DNA of 64,000 nt, from the NCBI GenBank assembly GCA_964291235.2, contig OZ219816.1, positions 416,001-480,000 of the forward strand, written 5' to 3'. This DNA comes from Vicinamibacteria bacterium (lineage in GTDB: Bacteria > Acidobacteriota > Vicinamibacteria > Marinacidobacterales > Marinacidobacteraceae). Position 1 is the stretch's first letter; every line of letters starts with the position of its first letter. A program made the position numbers and the translations under genes. The notes beneath the pieces are model-generated. The model was not told where the DNA came from and made no database searches. It saw only the letters and a list, made by a program, of their open reading frames with translations. Positions 32,943 through 42,772 of the stretch are shown in pieces.

Positions 32943-33341
32943 GAGCGTCATTACCGTTTCGGGCTGGATGTAGTAGACGACCCGGACTTCGCCGGGGCGG
33001 CGCCACTCGTAGCGTTCGGAGCCGATGTACTTCTGCGCTAGGCGATCGATCCCCGCTTCGGCGCCGTCCTCGGTGATCTTCACCACCCGGCCGCGGACCA
33101 TCAGTGCCCTGAAGGGATCTTCCGGGTGGGTCGCGGAGACCGCCACGCGGGCATCACGCCGGATGTTCTTGTCCTTGACTCGGCCGGCCGCCGAATTCAC
33201 GACGATGAGATCGCCGTCGGTCTCCACCCAGACCGGGGAGACCTGGGGGCTGCCGTCGGCCATCAGAGTAGCCAGGTGGGCGTAGCACCGGGTTCCGAGG
33301 AAATCCCGGACATCGGCGGAAAGGGTGTTCGTCTTGGGCAT
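32940..33341 (-). CDS. PPOX-class (F420/FMN-binding split barrel) oxidoreductase
   Basis: AHLATLMADGSPQVSPVW, KDKNIRRDARVAVS, IDRLAQKY. Confidence 0.85.
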   Translation of the reverse strand: MPKTNTLSADVRDFLGTRCYAHLATLMADGSPQVSPVWVETDGDLIVVNSAAGRVKDKNIRRDARVAVSATHPEDPFRALMVRGRVVKITEDGAEAGIDRLAQKYIGSERYEWRRPGEVRVVYYIQPETVMTL

Positions 33342-33360
33342 TCGTCCGTCCTGCGCCGGG

Positions 33361-34440
33361 TCAGTTCGACGCGTCGATTTCGCGCTCTACTTCGGCCGTC
33401 AACTGCTCGAACGAGACCGCGCCACCGATGTACCTGCCGTTCACGAACACGGCGGGAGTCCCCGTTTGTCCGAGCGCCAGGGCGGCGTCCAGATCCGTCT
33501 GCACGCGATCGTAGCTACTGCCGGAGTTGAGGCACTGCGCGAAGGCCTCCGTGTCCAGGCCGACCAGCCGGGCGTGCTGTTCCAGGCCATCGAGAGAGAT
33601 GTTGTCGTCTGCCCACAGGGCGTCGTGGTATTCCCAGAATTTGCCCTGGTCTTCGGCGCAGACGGACGCTTCATGGGCCTTTTGGGCCATCGGATGCATG
33701 CTGCGCAACGGGAAATGGCGGAACACCAGCCGGACCTGGCTGGCCATGGCCTCGTCCTCTCGCAGCCGATTGATCGACGCGTCGAAACGCCGGCAGAAAG
33801 GACACTCGAAGCAGGAAAAAACCACGAGCTCCACGGGTGCGCTGTCCGGGCCGAGCGTGGCGTGACCTTCGGTTTCGATGGCAACCCGGTAGGCGGGCAC
33901 CCTCAGATCCCATTCGGCCTCGCTCAGGAACCGGTTGCCGGTGGCCTCGATCTTCTGCGCCATCTTCTGGTTGGCGATCTGCCGGCGAAGCTGGGTTCCG
34001 ATCTCGTCGAGGGTACGGCCGCCGAACTGCCCGCGATTCTGGTCGTAGATGTACTGGAGTTCCTGGTCGCTGACCTCGGGGATGCCGACCTCGTTCGTGT
34101 AGTACTGGTTCAGGGTCATGCCCTTTTCCGCGGCGGCGGCCAGGAGCAGTTGCTCGCGCGCGGACCGCACCGCGCCCTCCTCGAGGAGACCGTGGGTCTT
34201 CGTGTAGTAGTCGGTGCGGAGCTGTGCGAGCTGGGCTATATCCCGGTCCGTCAGATCGTCGAGCGTGATCTCCTCGCCGTTCAGAACCCCCAGCACCTCC
34301 GAGTCCACACTGTCGGGGAGTAGCGACCCGGAGCCGGAAGCCTGACCCCCGGAGCCGACGGCGGCGCCGCCGCAACCAGCGAACGCCAACAGGCAGGCGA
34401 TGGCCGCAAACGGCGCGGCCGACCGAAGGAACATACGCAT
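33361..34440 (-). CDS. DsbA/thioredoxin-fold lipoprotein
   Basis: FAGC lipobox, GPDSAPVELVVFSCFECPFC, FRHFPL, GTPAVFVNG. Confidence 0.88.
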   Translation of the reverse strand: MRMFLRSAAPFAAIACLLAFAGCGGAAVGSGGQASGSGSLLPDSVDSEVLGVLNGEEITLDDLTDRDIAQLAQLRTDYYTKTHGLLEEGAVRSAREQLLLAAAAEKGMTLNQYYTNEVGIPEVSDQELQYIYDQNRGQFGGRTLDEIGTQLRRQIANQKMAQKIEATGNRFLSEAEWDLRVPAYRVAIETEGHATLGPDSAPVELVVFSCFECPFCRRFDASINRLREDEAMASQVRLVFRHFPLRSMHPMAQKAHEASVCAEDQGKFWEYHDALWADDNISLDGLEQHARLVGLDTEAFAQCLNSGSSYDRVQTDLDAALALGQTGTPAVFVNGRYIGGAVSFEQLTAEVEREIDASN

Positions 34441-34508
34441 GAGAAACACCTCGTTCTCGAGCGAATGCGGTCTGCCCGCACACACCGGTCAGAACCGGGG
34501 AGCCGCCG

Positions 34509-34991
34509 CTATTCGCGAGAATCGGGAAGGATACCCCGCCGAGAAGACTGAGAAGGACTTTCGACGAGCAGGGTGTAAGGCCCGTCGTTCAACAGGGATA
34601 CCTGCATCATCGCCCCGAAGCGGCCCGTGCCCACCGGAACTCCGGCGTCCCGGAGCCGGGAGCAGAACTCTTCGTAGAGCGCTTCGGCCTCCTCCCCCGG
34701 CGCGGCGCGGGTGAAGGAGGGGCGCCTCCCCTTGCGGCAGTTCCCGAGCAGGGTGAACTGGGACACCGCGAGCACCTCGCCGCCGATTTCGAGGACGCTG
34801 CGCTCCGGTTGTCCCTCGGGAGCCCGGAACATCCGGAGCCCGGCGATCTTCTTCGCGAGCCAGGCGGCATCGCCGGCCGTGTCGTTCACGGACACTCCCA
34901 ACAGGACCAGCAGCCCCTCTCCGATTTCGGACACCGGCTCACCGTCCACCGAGACTGAAGCGCGGGAGACCCGTTGGACGACGGCGATCAT
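34509..34991 (-). CDS. dtd: D-aminoacyl-tRNA deacylase
   Basis: VVQRVSRASV, VSQFTL, KGRRPSF, FGAMMQVSLLNDGP. Confidence 0.96.
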   Translation of the reverse strand: MIAVVQRVSRASVSVDGEPVSEIGEGLLVLLGVSVNDTAGDAAWLAKKIAGLRMFRAPEGQPERSVLEIGGEVLAVSQFTLLGNCRKGRRPSFTRAAPGEEAEALYEEFCSRLRDAGVPVGTGRFGAMMQVSLLNDGPYTLLVESPSQSSRRGILPDSRE

Positions 34992-35180
34992 TTTTCAGGC
35001 GGGAAAGCATCTCACCCCCCTCGTGGCAAGGGCAGGGGTGACGCACCACCGGCGGCTCGCACTTCAAGCCGACTTTTCCACAATCCCCCCGCACGCGGGA
35101 TGGATCGGCGCCGTTTTTCGTCCTTGCCAGTAAAGGCAGACGCCCCCCGCGCCCGCCGCATCGCCTGAAGGATTTCCAGA

Positions 35181-35681
35181 GTGCCCCAATCCGAACCGCA
35201 GACACCCACTGCCCAAGCGTCCCCGAAGTCGCACCCGCCAGCGGGAACTCCGTCCCCCGAACCGGCCGCCGAGGAGTTCCTGTTCCGCACTCTGGTGGAC
35301 GCCGGATGCGATCCGGTGGTCGCCTATACTGCGGACCGGCGAGCACGGAGAATGTTCTCGGAAGTCGCGACGGCAGAGATCCAGCCAATCCTCGCGGAGC
35401 TACGCCAGCTGCGCGCGACCATGGTCAACAGGGAGGATCTGGCCGGCTTCGCCACCAAGGCGGATCTCGCCGGCTTCGCCACCAAGGCGGATCTCGCCGG
35501 CTTCGCCACCAAGGCGGATCTCGCCGGCTTCGCGACCAAGGCGGATCTCGCCAACTGCGCCACCAAGGCGGACCTGGACCGGTTGCGGGCGGAAATGGTC
35601 AAGTGGGTGTTCGGAGCGCTGATGGCACAGACTGCAGTTCTCGTGGCGCTGCTCTTTGCGCTGGTCAGGTCGCTGACCTAG
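35181..35681 (+). CDS. DUF1640/CCDC90-like coiled-coil protein with C-terminal membrane anchor
   Basis: ATKADL repeats, LRAEMVKW then a hydrophobic tail. Confidence 0.7.
   Translation: MPQSEPQTPTAQASPKSHPPAGTPSPEPAAEEFLFRTLVDAGCDPVVAYTADRRARRMFSEVATAEIQPILAELRQLRATMVNREDLAGFATKADLAGFATKADLAGFATKADLAGFATKADLANCATKADLDRLRAEMVKWVFGALMAQTAVLVALLFALVRSLT
35436..35578 (+). repeat. In-frame 27-bp tandem repeat (about 5.3 copies, DLAGFATKA)
   Basis: GATCTCGCCGGCTTCGCCACCAAGGCG units starting at 35436, 35463, 35490, 35517, 35544. Confidence 0.95.
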
Positions 35682-35789
35682 CCCGGATTTCTCATACTCA
35701 CGGCCCAAGGTGCCGCGCGGATCACGCCAACCTGTTGATGATGTCGGGAGGAACGGGCCAGGCGCGGACCCCAACCGCACGGACAGCGT

Positions 35790-36035
35790 GTAGGCACGGG
35801 AGCCCCCACCGGGAGAACTGGGCCGACCTCCAGGTCGGCACAGCGGCGCGGAGCGCCGCGGGCAGTTCCTCGCCGCTCGCGCTCACGGGGTCCCTCCGAG
35901 AGAGCGAGCCCATCCCGGCCCAGCCAAGTCCGCCCCGCCGCCCGCCTACGGCGGGCTGTGCCGGCCTGGAGGCCGGCGTTCCCGTGCCTGTCCGACATCA
36001 AGGCTGGTGGGGTTCCCGCCGAGAGGGGAACCATC
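35790..36035. repeat. REP-like cluster: inverted pair at 35821 (+) and 35958-35983 (-), plus modules shared with 5260-5400
   Basis: GCCGACC-TCCA-GGTCGGC and GCCGGCC-TGGA-GGCCGGC hairpins; CCCGCCGAGAGGG.A.CCATC matches the reverse complement of about 5354-5373. Confidence 0.7.
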
Positions 36036-36173
36036 CTGCATCGAGCTCTGCGGCGGAGGTATGAGAAATCCCGGCTAGCTAGCAGCCCTGTTCGCGGCCG
36101 GCGAGCCGCCGACCGATCGAACGACCGGCGTCGATTCTCGTCGATTGCTGCCCGGTGAAGACCGGTACGCGGG

Positions 36174-37919
36174 CTATCCCGGGATCCCGCGCGGCGGGCC
36201 GCCGGCCGCCCCCGGCGCGATTCCGTAGGCCCGGAGCAGATCCGAAACGGTCACCACCGCCTCGAGCTGGTGGATGTCCACCCGGCTCACCACGGGGAGA
36301 GTGTCCATCCGGATGCGGCCCATGGTGGCCAGCACGTGGTCGATCGGCTGGTCGGCGTGCGCATGCGGGAAGCTCCGGCCCCGCACCAGGTCGCCGAGGC
36401 GCTCCTGATCCTGTCCCCAGGCATGGAACCGCTCCAACTCGGCGAGCGTGATCAGTCCGAAGATCCGGTTGCCCTCGGCCACCGGCCAGGCGCGCTTGCC
36501 GCTGAGCGCCACCAGCTCGATCGCGTCTTCCACGGTGAGATCCGGCGGGAGGAGTTCGCGCGGCGGGCGCATTGCCGCCCGCACCACGGGATGGGGTTCT
36601 TCGTCCTCGGTGGAGGGAAGCTGGATCCCGTCCTGCGCCGCGAGGGCCTCGTAAACGGAGACCCGCTGGAGCCGCCGGGAGACGAAGAACGAGGTCAGGT
36701 TGGCGATCATCATCGGCACGATGACGGCGTAACTCTGGGTGATCTCGAAGATCATGAAGACCGACGCCATCGGCACCCGGAGGATTCCGGCGAAGGCCGC
36801 TCCCATCCCCACCAGCGCGTAGGGGCCAGGCCCGGATGCGAAGTCGAACCAGATGTCGGCAACGCTGCCCACCACCCCGCCCAGCATGGCGCCGAGAAAG
36901 ATGCTGGGGCCGAAGATCCCTCCGGCGTTCCCGGACGCATAGGCGATGACCACCAGGAAGAGGTGGAGGGCAAGCAGAACCGCCATCCTCCCGATGGGCA
37001 ACTCGCCGGCGAGCGCCTCGCCGACGGGGCCGTACCCGACCTCGAAGAATCCGGGAAGCAACAGCCAGACCGCCGCCACCGCCACCCCGCCGAGCGCCGG
37101 CTGGAACCAGCGGCTCGCCGCCGGCAGCCGGCGCATTTGAGCCCGCAGCCAGAGCAGGGAGCGCACGAACCCGACCGACATCAGCCCCGCCAGCACGCCG
37201 AGCACGGCGTAGATGAGGAGTTCCGCCGAATGGTCGAGCTCATAGGCGGGCACCGAGAAGAGCGGCTCGTCGCCGAGGGACAGGCGGAGGACCAGCCAGC
37301 TCGCTACCGCGCTGAGGACGACCGACCCGAGCACCCGGGCATGCAGGTTCCCCACGATCTCCTCGAGAGAGAACAGGATCGCGGCAATCGGGGTGTTGAA
37401 GGCGGCCGCGATCGCCGCTGCGGTCCCGACGGGAACCAGTTGTCGTCGCTGCTCCGCATCCAGCCCGAGGGTCTTGCCCACCGAGGAGGCGATCCCGGCG
37501 CCGATCTGGGCCGACGGTCCCTCACGCCCCAGCGGAATGCCACTTCCCAGGGTGAGCACCCCGCACAGGTATTTTCCGACCGCCACCCGGAAGGGGATTC
37601 GCCCGTCCTTCGCGACCAGCGCCGCCTTCGTCTGCGGAATGCCGCTGCCCCGTGCTTCGTCGAACCAGCGGTGCAACATAAAGCCGGCGACCAGGGCCCC
37701 AAGCACCGGAGCGGCGAAGCGGATCGCTCCGAGCGCCTCGCCGTGAACCACGATGTCCGTCAACCATTCGGTCACCACGATGAACGACACGATGACTCCG
37801 CCCACCAGGGCTCCGATCCCGAGGTTGAGCCCCGTGAAGAAGCCGGGACTGTGAAGGAAATCGCGGGAAGACAGAGTCTCCACGACCCAGGAGACGACGC
37901 GGGGCCGGATCCGGCTCAC
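36174..37919 (-). CDS. ClC-family chloride channel/H+:Cl- antiporter with CBS domains
   Basis: GSGIP, GREGP, AAAFNTP, GGIFGP; C-terminal CBS pair. Confidence 0.93.
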   Translation of the reverse strand: MSRIRPRVVSWVVETLSSRDFLHSPGFFTGLNLGIGALVGGVIVSFIVVTEWLTDIVVHGEALGAIRFAAPVLGALVAGFMLHRWFDEARGSGIPQTKAALVAKDGRIPFRVAVGKYLCGVLTLGSGIPLGREGPSAQIGAGIASSVGKTLGLDAEQRRQLVPVGTAAAIAAAFNTPIAAILFSLEEIVGNLHARVLGSVVLSAVASWLVLRLSLGDEPLFSVPAYELDHSAELLIYAVLGVLAGLMSVGFVRSLLWLRAQMRRLPAASRWFQPALGGVAVAAVWLLLPGFFEVGYGPVGEALAGELPIGRMAVLLALHLFLVVIAYASGNAGGIFGPSIFLGAMLGGVVGSVADIWFDFASGPGPYALVGMGAAFAGILRVPMASVFMIFEITQSYAVIVPMMIANLTSFFVSRRLQRVSVYEALAAQDGIQLPSTEDEEPHPVVRAAMRPPRELLPPDLTVEDAIELVALSGKRAWPVAEGNRIFGLITLAELERFHAWGQDQERLGDLVRGRSFPHAHADQPIDHVLATMGRIRMDTLPVVSRVDIHQLEAVVTVSDLLRAYGIAPGAAGGPPRGIPG

Positions 37920-39634
37920 GCGCTTTCTCCCTGCCGGGGCGCACGCCCCGCGCTCCCGAGCGCGAGGCCGACCAGCACGGTGACCGCCGCCCCGATCAGG
38001 TTGTAGTAGAGGTAGGAGATTCCCTCCACCCCGAGCGCCCGGGGAATCAGGTCAGCGGCCCACACCGCGGCCACCCCGGAGAGCACCGCGGGGAAAGCGC
38101 GGCGGGCGCCCCGATTCGGGAACACCGCCGCGAGGACGAACGCCCCGAGGATCGGACCGTAGAAGAAGGACCCCACCCGGTTCACCGCCTCCACCGCGGA
38201 CCCCAGTCGCCCCATGTAGAGCGCGGCCCCGGTGGCGACCGTTCCCCAGAAGAGGATCCCGATGCGGCCGGCAATCAGGTCGTGCCGGTCCGAAGTGGGA
38301 CCGCGCGCCCATCGGTTTCGGAAACGGCGGTAGAAGTCCACCACGCTCGCCGTGGAAAGCGCCGAGAGTTCCGACTCCACCGTGGACATCGCCGCGGCGA
38401 GCACCGCAATGAGGATCAGGCCGACGATTCCCGGCGGCAACTGGGTGAACACGAAGGTCGGGAAGACGTGGTTCGTATCGCTCCACGGCTCGCCCTTGAC
38501 TTCGGACGCGGCGCGGACCGCATCGGCGCGGCTTTCCTGAAAGGCGCGATCGGCGGCGAGGTAACGGGCCTGGAGTTCGGCCTGGGTCGAGCTGTCGCCG
38601 GCATCCGCAAAGTCGAGCGCCGCCGTCCGGCGCTCCGCGAAGGCGATCTCGTAGCGCTCTTCCATCGCCTGCATCTCCTCGGGCTGCGCGGCGCGCGTCT
38701 CGGCGAGAGTCACCGGGTCGAAGAGCACGGGAGGCTTTTCGAACTGGTAGAAGACGAAGAGCAGCGCCCCGGTGAGCAGGATCACGAACTGCACCGGCAG
38801 CTTGGCGAACGCGTTGAAGATCAGCGAGAGACGGCTCTCGCGGAGCGAGCGGCCGGTCAGGTAGCGCTGCACCTGGCTCTGGTCGCAGCCGAAGTAGGAG
38901 AGCATCAGGAAGAGCCCCCCGAGGAGTCCCGTCCAGACGGTGTAGGTCTGCCGCGGATCGGTATCGAACGACAGCGTTTCCAGGCGGCCGGTCGAGCCGG
39001 CGAGGCGGAGCGCTTCCCCGAGGCTCACCTCGTCGGGCAGCCCCCAGACCACCGAGCCGAGGCAGAAGAGGATGCCGAGCAGGATGATCAGCATCTGCCA
39101 GGTCTCGACCCACATCACCGCCCGCATGCCGCCGAGCGCGGTGTAGATCGTGGCGAAACCGCCGATCAGCAGAATGGTGAGCGTCTCGTCGAGGGAAAAG
39201 ACCACCGAGAGGACCACCGACGGGGCATAGATCACCACGGCTCCGGAGAGCGCCCGCCCGACGAGGAAGAGCAGGCTGGTCAGCGTCCGGGTGTGCGGGC
39301 CGCAGCGCTGTTCGAGGTACTCGTAGGCGGTGAAGACCCGGGCCCGATAGAAGAGCGGCACCAGGGTGACGCACAGGATCACCATGGCGATGGGCAGGGC
39401 GAAGTAGATCTGAATGAACCGCATCCCGTCCACGTAGGCCTGCCCGGTGGTGCCGACCAGCGTGATGGCGCTCGCCTGGGTCGCCATCACCGATAGGCCC
39501 ATCGCGTACCAGGGCATGGAGCGGCGGGCCAGGAAGTAGTCCTCGAGCCCGCGGTTCCCGCGGCCGGTCCGGTAGCCGACCGCGATGATCAGGCCGAAAT
39601 AGGCCACGACGACGACCCAGTCGAGGAGTTGCAC
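37916..39634 (-). CDS. Sodium:solute symporter family protein
   Basis: DYFLA, GLSVMATQASAIT, GGMRAVMW, YFGCDQSQVQRYL, LAAAMST. Confidence 0.93.
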   Translation of the reverse strand: MQLLDWVVVVAYFGLIIAVGYRTGRGNRGLEDYFLARRSMPWYAMGLSVMATQASAITLVGTTGQAYVDGMRFIQIYFALPIAMVILCVTLVPLFYRARVFTAYEYLEQRCGPHTRTLTSLLFLVGRALSGAVVIYAPSVVLSVVFSLDETLTILLIGGFATIYTALGGMRAVMWVETWQMLIILLGILFCLGSVVWGLPDEVSLGEALRLAGSTGRLETLSFDTDPRQTYTVWTGLLGGLFLMLSYFGCDQSQVQRYLTGRSLRESRLSLIFNAFAKLPVQFVILLTGALLFVFYQFEKPPVLFDPVTLAETRAAQPEEMQAMEERYEIAFAERRTAALDFADAGDSSTQAELQARYLAADRAFQESRADAVRAASEVKGEPWSDTNHVFPTFVFTQLPPGIVGLILIAVLAAAMSTVESELSALSTASVVDFYRRFRNRWARGPTSDRHDLIAGRIGILFWGTVATGAALYMGRLGSAVEAVNRVGSFFYGPILGAFVLAAVFPNRGARRAFPAVLSGVAAVWAADLIPRALGVEGISYLYYNLIGAAVTVLVGLALGSAGRAPRQGESA

Positions 39635-39646
39635 GGAGGCCCTTCG

Positions 39647-39784
39647 TCAGGGGCGGAAAGCCCGCGAGAACAAGGAAAGGAGGAGATACACGGCGACGGC
39701 GGTGATCAGCACCGCCGCGTAGAGCCGCCGCCAGGAGCGGAAGACTCCGCCCGGAGAGGGAGGCTGGTCGGAAGAAGGGTCCAT
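39647..39784 (-). CDS. Small single-TM protein upstream of the symporter (45 aa)
   Basis: Not in the ORF track: MDPSSDQPPSPGGVFRSWRRLYAAVLITAVAVYLLLSLFSRAFRP; GGGAG RBS; ends 12 nt before the symporter start. Confidence 0.7.
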   Translation of the reverse strand: MDPSSDQPPSPGGVFRSWRRLYAAVLITAVAVYLLLSLFSRAFRP

Positions 39785-39886
39785 CGGTGCTCCCGGCTAC
39801 ACTCACGAGCCGGGCCGGGCGCGTATCGGCCCGCGCCGGGAGATTCTAGGAGGCGCGCCCTCCTCCTCCTCCAAGGGAGCGCAGTG

Positions 39887-42640
39887 ATGACAGATAAAAG
39901 AACGGCGCGCCGGGCTCCGTTCCTGCTGGTCAGCCTGCTGGCCACGGCCCTGCTCGCGGCAACGACCGCTGCGGCCCAACTGCGTCCGCTCACCGAAGAC
40001 CGGGGGGCTGCCGGCCTCGGATTGGCGCTTCGCAAGATCGGGAGCGGCGTCTCCGTGCTGACCATCACGGCGCATCCGGACGACGAGAACAACGCTCTGC
40101 ACGCGCTGCTCAGCCGCGGCCTCGGCGCGAGGGTTTCGCTGTTGACCCTGACCCGGGGCGGCGGCGGCCAGAACGAGATCGGTCCCGAGCTCTTCGATGG
40201 ACTGCGGGTGCTGCGAACGGAGGAACTCCGGACCTCTCACCGGCTTGACGCGGTCGAGCAGTACTTCGGAATGGTGTCCGACTTCGGATACTCGTTCAGC
40301 GTCGAAGAGACGCTCGAGAAGTGGAATCACCAGAAGACGCTCGGCGAGGTAGTCCGCATGATCCGGACCCTGCGGCCGGACGTGATCCTCACCCTGCCGC
40401 CCTCCGGAACCGGCGGGGGCCAGCACCATCAGGCCACGGGACGGATCGCCCACGAAGCTTTCGACGCGGCCGGAGATCCGGACCGCTTTCCGGAACACGC
40501 CGACCTGGGGCTGCTCCCGTGGAGGCCGGTGCGGCTGCTGGTCGGCGGCGTAGGGGGAGGCCCGGCGAGCGGTGACGCACCCACCGTGCGGCTGGAGACG
40601 GCGGTCTGGGATCCGCTGCTCGGCCGCACCTATGCGGACCTCGGCGCCGAGGCGCGGTCGGCGCACCGGTGCCAGGGAATGGGTCAGGTGCGTGGCGGAC
40701 TGACGGGATTTCCCTCGGTGCTGGTGGAAACGCGCGCGGCTGCCGGCGGCGCCTCGCTCGGACCCGAGGGCACGGACGGTCTGTTCGGCGGCATTCCGAC
40801 GGGTCTCGAGCGGCTCGCAGACTTCGTGGAAGGAGATCGGGAAGCGGCCTCCGAGACCCGCGTCCGACTCGCATCTCTCGAAGAAGCGGTCGCCGAAGCC
40901 ACCGCGGCGTTCTCGGCGATCTCGCCCGGCGACTCGCTCCCGGGTTTGCGGAAGGCGCTGAACGCGGCGCGCAGCCTGCGGCGGGACGCCCTGCCGGAAG
41001 GACTGACGGACCGAAGCCGCGTCGAGATCGAACACCGGATGGCGCTCCGGGAAGTCCGGATCCAGGAGGCGATGGCGCTCGCCCACGGGCTCGTGGTGGA
41101 TGCGGTCGCCGACACCGGAACGACGGTGCCGGGAGCAGGGTTCGGGGCGCAGGTTTCCATTCTCGGTGGACCCGCCGAGGCCGCGGTCATTACCGGCATC
41201 GGCATCGAAGCTCCCGAGGGCTGGGAAGTGGGTAGCGCACCCGCCGCCCCGGCGGGCGCCTCCCGTCCCGGGCCGCGCCGGCGTCCCCTTCCCCCGCCGA
41301 TCGATCCCGCGGACCTCCCGCTGGAAGCGAACTCCAGCCGCCCCCTGCGGGCGGAGTTCGAAGTCTCGGTCGCCGCCGACGCCGCTCCGAGCCGCCAACC
41401 CTGGCTCGACGACCCCGACGCCGACCGCTTCGACCCACTGGCCCCGGAGCTGTTCGGGCTTCCCGCCCGGCCACCGCAGGTGAGGGCGCGGGTTGCCTTC
41501 GAGTCGGGGGGGGTCGCCGCCGAGATTCACCGTCCGGTCGGGTACCGCTACGAGGGGCCCTGGGTCGGAACCGAAAAACAGAAGGAGGTCTCGGTGCTGC
41601 CCCTGGCCTCGGTAGCCATCTCGCCGGAGATCGTGGTCTTCCCGCGCGGTCAGAACCCGCGCCGGCTCACGGTTTCGGTGGTGCACCGGGGCGCCGCGGC
41701 CGCCGAATTCGAGGCCGCGCTGGAGGCGCCCGACGGATGGACCGTCGCCCCGGCCAGCACCCCCGTCGCGTTCGCCGGACCCGGTGAGACACGGGTGGAG
41801 TTCGAGGTCAGCGCCCCCGCGGGCGCCACGGACGGCAACTACCGGCTGGGCGCTTTGGTACGGCCCTCCGGAGGCGGTGATCCCTTCACGGAGACCGTCC
41901 AGGAGATCGCGTACCACCACATCGAGACCCGCTACCTCTTCCGGCCGGCGGAAGCCGCGGCGCGGGTGCTGGATGCGACCGTCGCGCCGGTCCGCGTCGG
42001 TTACGTGGAGGGCGTCGGGGACGACGTCGCCGAAGCCATCGCGCAACTCGGAGTACCCCTGACGTTCCTGAACGAGCGGGCGCTGGCCGAAGGCGACCTC
42101 TCGGCGTTCGACACCATCGTGCTCGGGGTGCGCGCCTACCTGGCCCGGCCCGATCTGAGGACCCACAACCAGCGCCTCCTCGACTTCGTAGCCGCCGGCG
42201 GCACGCTCCTCGTCCAGTACAACAAGTTCGAGTTCAACGCCGGCCCATGGGGGCCCTACCCCATTTCGGTCGGCCGGGGCCGGATCACCGCCGAGGACGC
42301 CCCGATGCAGGTGCTGGTTCCCGACCATCCGGTCTTCACCGGACCGAACCCGATCGGCCCCGCTGACTGGGACGGCTGGGTGCAGGAGCGCGGGCTCTAT
42401 TTCCTGGCGCCGGGCGGCGACCCCGCCTATCGGGATCTCCTCGCCTCCGAGGACCCCTTCGAATACAACGCGGGGGAGAAACGGGGAATCCTGGTGGAAG
42501 CGCGCCACGGCGAGGGACGCTGGCTCTATCTCGGTCTCGGACTCTGGCGGCAGCTTCCGGCCGGGACCCCGGGCGCGTACCGAATGCTTGCGAATCTCCT
42601 GAGCCTCGGGTATCAGCCGGACACGACCAACCAGGAGTAG
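39887..42640 (+). CDS. Exported LmbE/PIG-L family deacetylase with NEW3-like and glutamine-amidotransferase-like C-terminal domains
   Basis: Signal peptide, AHPDDE, LTRGGGGQNEIG, DFGYS, HHQA, HRCQGMG, W.GWVQERGLYF. Start at ATG 39887. Confidence 0.85.
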   Translation: MTDKRTARRAPFLLVSLLATALLAATTAAAQLRPLTEDRGAAGLGLALRKIGSGVSVLTITAHPDDENNALHALLSRGLGARVSLLTLTRGGGGQNEIGPELFDGLRVLRTEELRTSHRLDAVEQYFGMVSDFGYSFSVEETLEKWNHQKTLGEVVRMIRTLRPDVILTLPPSGTGGGQHHQATGRIAHEAFDAAGDPDRFPEHADLGLLPWRPVRLLVGGVGGGPASGDAPTVRLETAVWDPLLGRTYADLGAEARSAHRCQGMGQVRGGLTGFPSVLVETRAAAGGASLGPEGTDGLFGGIPTGLERLADFVEGDREAASETRVRLASLEEAVAEATAAFSAISPGDSLPGLRKALNAARSLRRDALPEGLTDRSRVEIEHRMALREVRIQEAMALAHGLVVDAVADTGTTVPGAGFGAQVSILGGPAEAAVITGIGIEAPEGWEVGSAPAAPAGASRPGPRRRPLPPPIDPADLPLEANSSRPLRAEFEVSVAADAAPSRQPWLDDPDADRFDPLAPELFGLPARPPQVRARVAFESGGVAAEIHRPVGYRYEGPWVGTEKQKEVSVLPLASVAISPEIVVFPRGQNPRRLTVSVVHRGAAAAEFEAALEAPDGWTVAPASTPVAFAGPGETRVEFEVSAPAGATDGNYRLGALVRPSGGGDPFTETVQEIAYHHIETRYLFRPAEAAARVLDATVAPVRVGYVEGVGDDVAEAIAQLGVPLTFLNERALAEGDLSAFDTIVLGVRAYLARPDLRTHNQRLLDFVAAGGTLLVQYNKFEFNAGPWGPYPISVGRGRITAEDAPMQVLVPDHPVFTGPNPIGPADWDGWVQERGLYFLAPGGDPAYRDLLASEDPFEYNAGEKRGILVEARHGEGRWLYLGLGLWRQLPAGTPGAYRMLANLLSLGYQPDTTNQE

Positions 42641-42772
42641 CGGCCGGCCGGGAGTTTCCGGCAAACCCTACGGATCCTTCGGGAACCCGCGGGCGGGCGG
42701 GATGGCATACGCTCTCGCGCCCCTGCCCGGCGACGGCGGGCGGCCCGGTATCGAACTCCGACGAGACAACGG

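Noticed and set aside
34992-35180. Possible structured RNA between dtd and the DUF1640-like gene
   Set aside because: Only a modest GC hairpin; no tRNA or riboswitch consensus recognised
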